Below are positions 17,644-26,855 of a stretch of 64,000 nt of DNA, one piece after another. The position numbers were made by a program, and so were the translations under genes. The notes below the pieces were generated by a model. It saw only the letters and a list, made by a program, of their open reading frames with translations, searched no databases and was not told the DNA's origin. Location: positions 124,001 to 188,000 of IMG/VR virus record IMGVR_UViG_3300037010_001702; one strand, given 5' to 3'. Within the stretch, counting starts at the first letter, position 1. The number at the start of each line of letters is the position of its first letter.

Positions 17644-20568
17644 ATGGCGACACTAGATCAATCAGATTTAAAACTACTAAGTAAGGCCTTCTCTGATGCT
17701 CTTCACTCTGCGGGGGCATTGGGCAAGTCTGGCTTTGGTGCTCCTTCGAAGCCATACATTGGCGATAAGGCTCGTCGATCCAACAGGGAAAATGATAGTG
17801 CTCAGGACAATGTAACAGATGGACTCAGGAAATCATTTAAGGCGCTAAAGCAATCTACGGCCAGTTTGACCAAACTAGCCGAGACGTACTACAAAGCAGA
17901 CGTTCTTTCACAAGAATATCAGAATGCCGAGAAAAAGTTCACCGAGGCAATAAAGGATTCAACTAACTACCTTGATGCATACACTACCAGGGTAGCTAAG
18001 ATGGCAAGTCTTGATCTACCAGCGCAAGCATGGGCTATCAAGCGGCTAGTCGACTCTTCCTCATCATTTTCATCTAAGCTTGCTAAGTCACAGCAGGCAG
18101 CGTCTCTTCTAAGCGCATCTCTTATTAGCAATCACAAGGGATTAGAAGAGGGCACTGGTGAATATGGTGTCTTTATTGAAAGATTATCCAATGCTGCTAA
18201 TGGAATGAGTGAGCAGTTCCTTAAGCAAGAACAGATGTGGGATGACTTGGCAGGTGGTATCAGGGATAACCTTGGACCAGAAGACTTTGCTAGACTTCGC
18301 ACTAGACTTGGCGAAGCTGGAACAACTCTCACCAAGAATTTTGAAGGACTTAGCGGACTTGGTATCAAGAACATTCATGACCTAGCTTCACTAGGTAGCA
18401 CTCAAGGCGCGACGTTCAGAGGATCAGCTGCAGCTGGGCATGAGGATGAACTCGGTAAAGTTCTTCTCGCAACGGTTAAGGAGCTTACCGTTAAGGGTTA
18501 TTCAATTAACGGTCTCAAGGCTTCTAATGGCATTGAAATTTCTGATACGGATATTAGACACTTTGTTGCTGATACAGCTACAGCAGCCGCAGCACTTTCT
18601 GACTTTGCAAAAACTGCTGAAGTAGATACTTTACGTCTTGACACTGCAGCGAAAGATGCGGCGACGGTTACTGGAAGGCTTGCCATGAAATTGCAAGGCT
18701 TTTCAAAGGATATCACTGGAACATTTTTACGGCATCTAGGATCCGATGCAGCAGCAGCAAAAGGCGCTGCAAGATTAAAGGATGGTTTAACGCAGACCTA
18801 TAATGAGTTGACATCATTCAATATGGCACAGGTGCCAGCTAGCTTTGGCCAAGTTGCAGAAATAGCTGTTAGAATGGGACTAAGCTTCGAACAAGCTACA
18901 AAGTTTCTTCAAGACAACCAGCACGCCCTAGCACTTCTTGGCCCGCAACAGTTTTCAGTTCTGCGCGCTTCTCTCGGCGAATCATTCCAAAAATTTGGCT
19001 ACAACCTTGAGCAGTCTTCAACCCTAATTGGTCCAGCTCTTCAGATGGCGATTGCTTCTGGTGGCGTTGACCTCCAAGATAAAAATGCTGTACGGGGTTT
19101 TGTTGATACAACATTAGAGTCATTCAGTAGAGTATCAGCTGCAACAGGTGCTACGGCAGATGAATTCTTCAAGGTACATACCGCGCTTCTAAATTCAGAA
19201 GGTGTATCAAGAACACTTCTTGGTCTAGGTAAGTCTCAAGCAGCTCAATATGCTAAGAGCATTACACTGGCCACCCAGGAAATTGCGGTTAGAACTGGTT
19301 CATTGGCACTTGCTCAACAGCTAGTTCAAGAACAGGAAAGTGCAAAGCGTGAGGACATTGACTCTCGTGTAACAGAAGCAGCTCAACTATCTCAACTTGC
19401 TCAACAACTGGGTTATGGTAGTGAAGACGCAAATAGACTTTACCAAACTATCCTTGCTGGTAATGCAGCCTCGCAGCAAGATCAGGAATGGATGAGAAAA
19501 ATTCTTCCTGAAATGTCAAAGCGCAATGCTGAAAATGCTAACCAATACGCCGGTACTGGAAATATTTCTGGACAGATTAGCACAGAACTTCTTCACAAGG
19601 CATTTGAACCTGATGGTGCATTTGGCAAGTTGTTGAAGGGTAATGAAGAAGTTGCGCGTCTTGGACAGTCCAACGCTCTTCTAAGTCAAGAGCAAGCTGC
19701 AGCTGCAGCTAAGGCAGCCCAAGGAAGCAAGATTGGCGCTGAAACATCATCCTTTATAAATTCAATTGGGGCATTCTTTAACAATGGCTTTGTAAAAATT
19801 ATCACTGGGACCGGCCTTGCTATTACTGCACTGGGCATTCAGTCTATCTTCGCAGCACGATCTCTTGGTAGTATGGCTGGTAGCGGACTTCTTAGCAATG
19901 TCAAATCACTTCTTGGTATGGGTGGTGCAGCAGCTACCACCGGAACAACTGTTGCTGGGTCTGCGGCAGGTGGTCTTGCTGCAGGTGGTGGGCTTCTTGC
20001 TACTCTAAAGGGCGGTGTGGGTAGTGCTGCTGCTGGAGTAGCTAATCGTGGTCCCGGTGCTCTTAAGATGGGACTTGGTGGCGCATTGCTTGGACTTGGT
20101 GGTGATCTTGCTACTGGAGCAGGATATAACAATGTTGGTGCCGTTGCAGGAATTGGAGCTGACGCTCTTTCAGGTGCAGCTCTTGGCGGTCTTCTTGGCC
20201 CAATTGGTGCAGTCATTGGTGGTCTTGCTGGAGCTGGTTACGGCCTTTACAGCCATATAGGTGAGTTTGGAAACTCAAACATACCATCTCCTAACTCTCC
20301 CTTAATCGCAGGTCAGCCTGACAATGGGTCACAAGCAGGAACAGTAAATAACCAGTCTGAACAACCAGCTCAAGCATCAGCTTCTGGAATCAATAATGTA
20401 TCTGATCCTGCGGCAATTCAACAGCTGACGATGATTGCTGAAAATACAGCTCTCTCAGCCAAGATTCTTCAGCAGATAATGGACAGCGGAACAAGAGGCA
20501 CCCAGCTCTCACCTATGGCGGCAGGTCAACGTACTACTGCTTATGATTATCAAACTGGGCGACGTTAA
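17644..20568 (+). CDS. Putative tape measure protein
   Basis: 974-aa Ala-rich helical protein with a Gly-rich hydrophobic C-terminal region; divergent from gp26-like; ATAAATA upstream at about 17591. Confidence 0.6.
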   Translation: MATLDQSDLKLLSKAFSDALHSAGALGKSGFGAPSKPYIGDKARRSNRENDSAQDNVTDGLRKSFKALKQSTASLTKLAETYYKADVLSQEYQNAEKKFTEAIKDSTNYLDAYTTRVAKMASLDLPAQAWAIKRLVDSSSSFSSKLAKSQQAASLLSASLISNHKGLEEGTGEYGVFIERLSNAANGMSEQFLKQEQMWDDLAGGIRDNLGPEDFARLRTRLGEAGTTLTKNFEGLSGLGIKNIHDLASLGSTQGATFRGSAAAGHEDELGKVLLATVKELTVKGYSINGLKASNGIEISDTDIRHFVADTATAAAALSDFAKTAEVDTLRLDTAAKDAATVTGRLAMKLQGFSKDITGTFLRHLGSDAAAAKGAARLKDGLTQTYNELTSFNMAQVPASFGQVAEIAVRMGLSFEQATKFLQDNQHALALLGPQQFSVLRASLGESFQKFGYNLEQSSTLIGPALQMAIASGGVDLQDKNAVRGFVDTTLESFSRVSAATGATADEFFKVHTALLNSEGVSRTLLGLGKSQAAQYAKSITLATQEIAVRTGSLALAQQLVQEQESAKREDIDSRVTEAAQLSQLAQQLGYGSEDANRLYQTILAGNAASQQDQEWMRKILPEMSKRNAENANQYAGTGNISGQISTELLHKAFEPDGAFGKLLKGNEEVARLGQSNALLSQEQAAAAAKAAQGSKIGAETSSFINSIGAFFNNGFVKIITGTGLAITALGIQSIFAARSLGSMAGSGLLSNVKSLLGMGGAAATTGTTVAGSAAGGLAAGGGLLATLKGGVGSAAAGVANRGPGALKMGLGGALLGLGGDLATGAGYNNVGAVAGIGADALSGAALGGLLGPIGAVIGGLAGAGYGLYSHIGEFGNSNIPSPNSPLIAGQPDNGSQAGTVNNQSEQPAQASASGINNVSDPAAIQQLTMIAENTALSAKILQQIMDSGTRGTQLSPMAAGQRTTAYDYQTGRR

Positions 20569-20584
20569 TAAAGAGAACAACTAA

Positions 20585-22201
20585 ATGGCATCTTGGACTA
20601 ATTACTGGAGAATTGTAACTCCGCCATCAAGAAAAACTTCCTATTCACAGCCAGCTACTGTGACAATGGATGATGGTATGAATTTGAATTCTGCAGGTTA
20701 CGCGGCCTTCTCAACGGTATCCTGGTTTACGAACCTCATGAAGGGAGCAACAGCTCGTCTTCAACGCTATAAGCAGTATGAAGCGATGGACCTTGGGGAT
20801 ATCTCCAGAGCGCTCGACATCATCGCTGAAGAAATGTCAAACCCAGACAAAAAGACCGGTTTGCCATTCATCATTGACTATCAGACTGAAGAGAATCAAG
20901 AAATTCCCGGCACGACAGTAACAACTCTTAGAGCTGCCCTCCGTCACTGGGCAAAGTTTCACAACCTTAACAAGCGCATCTTTAACACAGCTCGTGTCAT
21001 GGTTAAGTATGGTGACTGCTTCTTTCGCAAGACATCTGATACCAAGAAATGGGAATACGTTGATCCAACACGAGTGATCGGCATTGAAATTGACACTGAA
21101 GGTGAGAAGGTAGCTTATCATATCCGTCCATCAAGCTTCAGAAATACCGTCTCGGGAAATACTGGCAAGCAAGAGTCAGTTGAAATTACTCCTGCGGCAG
21201 CAATGATTCACTTCACCTTGTCAGATGACACTGGCGATTCGGCTCCATTCGGTCTTTCAGTACTTCAACCAGCATTCAAGGACTATCAAAAGTTATCCAT
21301 GCTGGAAGACTCATCGATTATTTACCGCATTGTAAGAGCACCAGAGCGCAGAGTGTTCTACATTGACGTTGGTAACATGCCACCTCAACGTGTCAAGCAG
21401 TACCTTGAACAGATTCGTAATGACATTCGCCAAAAGAGAATGCCAAGCCAGAACAATGCTAATCAAACTGATTCAACCTACAACCCAGAGTCAATTCAGG
21501 AAGACATCTTCTTCCCAACGACAGCAGCTGGACGTGGTTCACGAGTTGAAACTCTTCCTGGTGGTACTACGTGGGAAATTCCTGAGCTTGATTACTTCCA
21601 GAACAAGGTCTTCCGTGCTCTTCGAGTACCTACTTCCTACATGAAGGGCGCAGATGCAGCTACAGCTGGTGCAGCCTACACCGATGGTAAGACCGGTGTT
21701 GCTTACATGGAAGAACGTATCTTTGGTAACTTCATCCAGCGTCTTCAAACGTGTTTAGAAGAAGTACTTGATGAACAGTTCAAGATTTATCTTCAGGTTA
21801 CGGGTATCAACATCGATACCGACATGTTCAAGATCAAGCTTCCAGAACCACAGAACTTCGACCTTTACCGTCAAGCAGCTCTTGACACCGACTTGATTAC
21901 CTCGTTCAAGGCAATTGAAGATACGAAGTACCTGAGCCGTAGATTCATCTTGAAGCGTTACCTAGGTCTCACTGAAGATGACATCCAGATGAATGAAACG
22001 CTTCTTAAGCAAGAAACGAACATTAAGGACGCTACTGTCGGTGAACTACAACAAATTTATGACCCAGCAGTCTATGACAATCGTGAGAAGATCAGCGTAG
22101 AAGCTCCTCCAGAGGAGGAAGGTGGTGGGGCTGGAGAGGAGGAAGCTCCAGAAATCAATACAGAAGTATCCGGTGGTGAAGATGAAGCTCCAGCAACATA
22201 A
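20585..22201 (+). CDS. gp20: Portal protein gp20
   Basis: MLEDSSIIYRIVRAPERRVFYIDVGNMP, EDIFFP, VETLPGG, YFQNKVFRALRVP. Confidence 0.97.
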   Translation: MASWTNYWRIVTPPSRKTSYSQPATVTMDDGMNLNSAGYAAFSTVSWFTNLMKGATARLQRYKQYEAMDLGDISRALDIIAEEMSNPDKKTGLPFIIDYQTEENQEIPGTTVTTLRAALRHWAKFHNLNKRIFNTARVMVKYGDCFFRKTSDTKKWEYVDPTRVIGIEIDTEGEKVAYHIRPSSFRNTVSGNTGKQESVEITPAAAMIHFTLSDDTGDSAPFGLSVLQPAFKDYQKLSMLEDSSIIYRIVRAPERRVFYIDVGNMPPQRVKQYLEQIRNDIRQKRMPSQNNANQTDSTYNPESIQEDIFFPTTAAGRGSRVETLPGGTTWEIPELDYFQNKVFRALRVPTSYMKGADAATAGAAYTDGKTGVAYMEERIFGNFIQRLQTCLEEVLDEQFKIYLQVTGINIDTDMFKIKLPEPQNFDLYRQAALDTDLITSFKAIEDTKYLSRRFILKRYLGLTEDDIQMNETLLKQETNIKDATVGELQQIYDPAVYDNREKISVEAPPEEEGGGAGEEEAPEINTEVSGGEDEAPAT

Positions 22202-22234
22202 TTTATAAGGGAGCACAAGGTTCCCTTATAAATA
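22201..22234 (+). promoter_or_regulatory. Late promoter TATAAATA (22227-22234) inside an inverted repeat
   Basis: ATTTATAAGGGA..TCCCTTATAAAT arms; exact late box upstream of gp21. Confidence 0.7.
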
Positions 22235-22264
22235 ATTCATCAGAAATGCACAGGAGATTTCCCA

Positions 22265-22879
22265 GTGAAACAACAACTTCTAATTGAACACCTTACACCA
22301 GCCGCAGCGGCTCTTGTAGAATCACGCGATATGGAGAAGAATCTTTACTTGGCGGGCCGTATTATGGCTGCTGAGCAAAAGAATCTTAACCAGCGCGTGT
22401 ACCCTAAAGCTGAGATCGCCCGCGCCGTAAGTCTCATTGCTGAAAAAGCAAAGGAAGGTGCTTTCATTATGGGTGAACTTAACCACCCAGACAACCTTTC
22501 AGTTGACCTTAAAAATGTCTCTCATATTATCACAGAAGCTTGGATGGATGGCGCCAACGCTATCGGTAAGTGCAAGATTTTGAATACACCATCTGGTCTC
22601 ATCGTTCAGAATCTTATCTCCGGTGGTGTTAAGCTTGGCGTATCATCTCGGGGTACTGGCAATGTAACAACAGAGGGTGTAGTTGAAGATTTCGCTTTCG
22701 TTACTCTTGACATCGTAGCTCAACCTTCAGGCCCAGGCTGTTACCCAGATGTTGTCCGTGAATCTGTTGAAAACACAAAAATTCTTACTCTTGCAGAAGC
22801 AGTTCAGTACGACAAGAAAGCTCAGAAGTATTTGACTTCTGAAATTCAAAAGTTCATCTCTTCACTTACGAGAAAATAA
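22265..22879 (+). CDS. gp21: Prohead protease gp21
   Basis: N.NQRVYP, GELNHP, VSHII, GVSSRG.G, D.VAQPS. Confidence 0.95.
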   Translation: MKQQLLIEHLTPAAAALVESRDMEKNLYLAGRIMAAEQKNLNQRVYPKAEIARAVSLIAEKAKEGAFIMGELNHPDNLSVDLKNVSHIITEAWMDGANAIGKCKILNTPSGLIVQNLISGGVKLGVSSRGTGNVTTEGVVEDFAFVTLDIVAQPSGPGCYPDVVRESVENTKILTLAEAVQYDKKAQKYLTSEIQKFISSLTRK

Positions 22880-22881
22880 TC

Positions 22882-23145
22882 GTGCTAATTAAACAATTAC
22901 TTTGCATCAACGAAGCGTACCAAGAGTCTTCAGACTTTGATGCAGCTTATACTGCAATTCAAAAGCATCTTAAAGATGCTAAAGCTATTGTCCAGTCTGC
23001 TAATTGGAGAAAGCATATGCAAGATGCTGATAGCAATTTTGGTACATCAAGTATTCAATATTCTCAGGATGCACTTAAATCATTGAATGAAGCTATTGCT
23101 GCATTTGAAGAATTCTATAACCACATTGAAAAGGTAGCACAATGA
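22882..23145 (+). CDS. Hypothetical head-module protein
   Basis: 87 aa; N-terminus MLIKQLLCINE. Confidence 0.65.
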   Translation: MLIKQLLCINEAYQESSDFDAAYTAIQKHLKDAKAIVQSANWRKHMQDADSNFGTSSIQYSQDALKSLNEAIAAFEEFYNHIEKVAQ

Positions 23146-23744
23146 ACAACTTAAGAATTAGACAACTAGCAGGTCTTTCAACAGACCGCGCAGCCTTGGT
23201 CGAAGCAAAGAAGGCTAAGTTTATTGACACGGCAGAAACCAAGGAAGAACCACCAGAAGGTTTGTTCGCCACTGGTTCAAAGGCAAAGATCGTTAAGTGG
23301 TTGAAGTCCAACCACAAGGACCTTAAGAGCGCAATGTCTGCTCTTAACTTCTACATTAACCGTGCTGGTAAGAACCTTGATGAAGACCGTAAGGCAGTGC
23401 TTGACTCTTGCAAGGAAGCACTTGAAAAAGCATTTGCTGTTAAGGAAAGTTCAGAATTCCTTCGCAAGATTGCTGGTCTTTCACCTATCATTGAATCTGA
23501 TGAAGTTGAAGACACAGCAGATGGCGAGGGTGATGAGGGCGAGGGTGATGAGGGCGAAGAAGAACTTCCAGCCGTTATCAGGAAGATTGCCAAGGCCGCC
23601 GAAGGTAAGGAAGGCGAAGAGCTTGAAGAACTTCTTATGAAGGTCTATGAAGCTGGCCAGAAGGACGGTAAGAAGCAAGCTGAAGAAGCTGCAAGCAAGA
23701 GTGATTCGGTCGCCGATGCCGAAGATAAGCCAGCTAAAGAGTGA
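23142..23744 (+). CDS. Acidic head-associated protein with DUF3175-like segment
   Basis: PPEGLF..SAMSALNFYINRAGKNL motif; two R.(L/I)AGL motifs; GEGDE repeat. Confidence 0.65.
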   Translation: MNNLRIRQLAGLSTDRAALVEAKKAKFIDTAETKEEPPEGLFATGSKAKIVKWLKSNHKDLKSAMSALNFYINRAGKNLDEDRKAVLDSCKEALEKAFAVKESSEFLRKIAGLSPIIESDEVEDTADGEGDEGEGDEGEEELPAVIRKIAKAAEGKEGEELEELLMKVYEAGQKDGKKQAEEAASKSDSVADAEDKPAKE

Positions 23745-23984
23745 TGAAGCTTCATCAAGTCAAAGAAGGTATTAAGTCCGTTGAAGAGCTAAAAGGTCTT
23801 ACACGAGAAGCTTAGCTCTTCAACCAATAAATACCGTGCGCTCAAGACACCTGCCACTCTAAAGGGCGTGCAGAATGTCGAAGACAAGACCGAGAAAGCT
23901 CTCGATCAAAAATAATCAACGCCGTTTAAAGAGGTCGGCTAAACCTCTAAAACCCATTGGCTCATAGCCTAAGGAGATAACAAT

Positions 23985-24176
23985 ATGGATAAGCGCGAGG
24001 CCCTAAAAAGCATGCTCAACAATTTGATCAATGATAAGCCAGAAGAGGCAGCTCTTGATCTTCATGGTTACATGACAGTAAAGATGCAAGAAATTTCAGG
24101 AATTGGCAAATTAGCCACATCCGCTCCAACAGATGAAGAGCAAATTACTGTTGGTAATGAAAGTGAAACAGAGTAA
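23985..24176 (+). CDS. Small prohead core protein (gp67-like, tentative)
   Basis: Strong AAGGAG RBS; lies before the scaffold gene. Confidence 0.55.
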   Translation: MDKREALKSMLNNLINDKPEEAALDLHGYMTVKMQEISGIGKLATSAPTDEEQITVGNESETE

Positions 24177-24234
24177 GTTTGAAGTTTGATAGCATATAAA
24201 GTATGCTTGATTTTTATGGAATTTTACGCGTTTG

Positions 24235-24242
24235 TATAAATA
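24235..24242 (+). promoter_or_regulatory. T4 late promoter TATAAATA
   Basis: Exact consensus upstream of gp22-gp23. Confidence 0.75.
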
Positions 24243-24354
24243 AAATTGTACGTTTCACGCGATGTTTATTTTTAAATATTGAACGCGTTAAAGTTCTAAG
24301 CCATTAAAGACGGCTATTCAGTCTTTAATTCCCCCAACAATAAAGGAGAACTGC

Positions 24355-25233
24355 ATGGATTTAATCCTTCAGAAATTGCTAAACTCTGAGCTATTAAGCG
24401 AAGAGGCAAGAGCAGAAATCTCTACCCAATGGACAGCTTCCGTCGAACAGTATAAAACTACTGTTCGTGAAGAAGTTACCCTTGCAGTAAGAGGTGAAAT
24501 TGCTGAACAGTGGGCTAACGAACGCGACAGCTTGATTGAGAACGTCGAAACTTTCGTTGCTAAGAAACTTGAAGAAGAAATCGAAGAGCTTCGTCATGAC
24601 ATCGAACGCTTCCGCGACCTTGAAGCAGAATATGCTGAAAAGATCGTTGAAGAAAAGCATGCTATGGCTGAGACCCTTTCAGAAGAACTCGACCAATTAG
24701 TAGATAAGATGGACGCATTCTTTGACCTTCGTTTGACCGAAGAGTTCAAGGAACTTCGCGAAGATCTTGAAATCGTTAAGCAAAACGAATTTGGTCGCAA
24801 AATCTTCGAAGCATTCGCTACTGAATTCAACACTGCACATATCGACGAAGATTCAACTCAATCTAAGTTACAAGCGGCCGTAGCTAAACTAAGCGACGCA
24901 GAATCCACAATCGCTAAGCTTGAAGAATCTTCAGCTAAGTTGATTCGCGAATCTAAATTAGAAAAAATACTTGCTCCTCTTCAAGGAAAGAAACGCGAGC
25001 AAATGTCCTTCGTTCTTCAGAACGTAGAGACTGCGCGTCTTGAAGAAGCATTCAATCACTTCATTGGCCGTGTTCTAAAGGAAGAGCAATCTCCTGCAGT
25101 ACGCCAAGAAGCAGATGCTAAGGCTCTCACCGAGTCTGTTGTTGTAACTGGTGATGAGCTTTCTGCTCCAACCAAAACTGTAGCTAGCGATAAGCATTCT
25201 GAATTAAGAAGACTTGCTGGCATGAACTCTTAA
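24355..25233 (+). CDS. gp22: Prohead scaffold protein gp22
   Basis: Acidic coiled-coil protein with FGRKIFEAF; directly before the major capsid gene. Confidence 0.85.
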   Translation: MDLILQKLLNSELLSEEARAEISTQWTASVEQYKTTVREEVTLAVRGEIAEQWANERDSLIENVETFVAKKLEEEIEELRHDIERFRDLEAEYAEKIVEEKHAMAETLSEELDQLVDKMDAFFDLRLTEEFKELREDLEIVKQNEFGRKIFEAFATEFNTAHIDEDSTQSKLQAAVAKLSDAESTIAKLEESSAKLIRESKLEKILAPLQGKKREQMSFVLQNVETARLEEAFNHFIGRVLKEEQSPAVRQEADAKALTESVVVTGDELSAPTKTVASDKHSELRRLAGMNS

Positions 25234-25254
25234 TTAGTCCTAAGGAGAATTTCA

Positions 25255-26493
25255 ATGGAACTATATGAAAACTGGCAAGAAACCAAAGATACCCTTCTTG
25301 AAGGTCTATCAGAAAGCAAGAAGAGAATCTTAGCTCCGGTTCTTGACAACCAACTTCAGCACTTGCAAGAAACTGCAGCTGCTGGTACAAACACCGCTGG
25401 CGCAATCGGTAACTTCCAAAAGATCGTTATCCCTATGATTCGCCGTATTATCCCTGGCACAATTGCTACTGAACTTGTTGGTGTACAGCCAATGAGCGGT
25501 CCAGTTGGTCTTGTATACTCTATGCGTTTCTTGTTTGCAGAAACTGTAGCTACTACAGCTCTTGCAGGCACTCTTGACGGTGGTACAGCTGATGACATCT
25601 CCTCTGGCGATGAAATCTTCGGTAACAACAGCAAGACAAAGCGTTTCTACTCTACTTCTGACGTTGCTGCTCCTGCAGGTGGCCCAGCCGCTGGTACCTC
25701 TACTGGTGTTGCTGCTGCTACTTCCGACTTCGAAGCATTCGGTGGTCGTGCTCTTACTCTTGAAGTATTGAAGCAAACTGTTACAGCTGGCTCACGTAAG
25801 TTGCAAGCACGTTGGACCCCAGAAGCTATGCAGGATTTGAAGGCATCTCATGGTCTTGACCTTGAAGCTGAAATCACTGCATCTCTTTCTGCAGCAGTTG
25901 TTTCTGACGTTGACAATGAATTGATTAATGACCTTATCGCTCTTGCAGGTACAACTGCTTCCTTCGATATGGCTGGTTCATTCACTGGTGTGCCTAACTA
26001 CATTGGCGACCGTCACGCAGTTATTGGTGTTCTTATCAACAAGGTCGCTAACGAAATCGCTCGTAAGACACGTCGTGGACCAGCTAACTGGATCGTTGTT
26101 TCTCCACTTGTAGTTTCCGTTCTTCAGTCTGCTGCTAAGTCTGTCTTCGCACCAGCTGTTTCCGGTTCCTTCGATGGTCCAAACAACACGAAGCTTGTTG
26201 GTACTCTTAACGGTTCCATCAAGGTTTACACCTACATCTATCACGATCAAGGTACAGAACCAATCTTAGTGGGCTTCAAGGGTGGCTCTGGTGAAATGGA
26301 CGCTGGTTACTTCTACTGCCCATACATTCCTCTTATGTCTTCTGGTGTTGTTGTTGATCCTAATACGTTCAACCCACACGTTTCCTTGATGACACGTTAT
26401 GGTAAAGCTACCTTTACCTCAAGCGCAACGTCTCTTGGCAACTCTGCCGACTATTATGGCCGGATCAGCGTAGCTAACCTTTCATTCATTTAA
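25255..26493 (+). CDS. gp23: Major capsid protein gp23
   Basis: IRRIIP..IATELVGVQPMSGPVGLVYSMRF, SRKLQARWT.EAMQDL, YCPYIPL, MTRYG. Confidence 0.97.
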   Translation: MELYENWQETKDTLLEGLSESKKRILAPVLDNQLQHLQETAAAGTNTAGAIGNFQKIVIPMIRRIIPGTIATELVGVQPMSGPVGLVYSMRFLFAETVATTALAGTLDGGTADDISSGDEIFGNNSKTKRFYSTSDVAAPAGGPAAGTSTGVAAATSDFEAFGGRALTLEVLKQTVTAGSRKLQARWTPEAMQDLKASHGLDLEAEITASLSAAVVSDVDNELINDLIALAGTTASFDMAGSFTGVPNYIGDRHAVIGVLINKVANEIARKTRRGPANWIVVSPLVVSVLQSAAKSVFAPAVSGSFDGPNNTKLVGTLNGSIKVYTYIYHDQGTEPILVGFKGGSGEMDAGYFYCPYIPLMSSGVVVDPNTFNPHVSLMTRYGKATFTSSATSLGNSADYYGRISVANLSFI

Positions 26494-26521
26494 TCGAATA
26501 AAGAAGCTAGTAAGCTAAAGT

Positions 26522-26550
26522 AAAAAAGGAGGTCTTCGGATCTCCTTTTT
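26522..26550 (+). terminator. Intrinsic terminator with cUUCGg tetraloop
   Basis: AAAAAAGGAGGTC-TTCG-GATCTCCTTTTT after gp23. Confidence 0.9.
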
Positions 26551-26855
26551 CATGCCCCGGAACAGATAAATAATCCAGACTTTGGATTCAGGGCAAAAAT
26601 CTGCTGGTAAACCCGCTACAAGCCTGATGCCTACCACAAGAAGCATCCTAGAGAAAGACCTTACTTCAGGGGATACTCTCAAGCAACCTTTGGCAGAAGA
26701 AAGCAGATGAAGCTAGGCAGTCCTAAAGGGAGTCATGGCCTTCATTTTAAGCGTCGCAACCCACAGGTGATTAAGTACTTCAGCTGAGAGTCACCGAAGC
26801 ATCTCTACAGAGCCTTTAACCAATAAATAAAGTAATATCTTTTAGGGGTTCAAAC

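Noticed and set aside
26551-26800. ncRNA downstream of gp23
   Set aside because: Has a late-like box but reads like an eroded coding remnant with no convincing structure; similar relics occur at about 23744-23914, 57524-57823 and 61020-61140.
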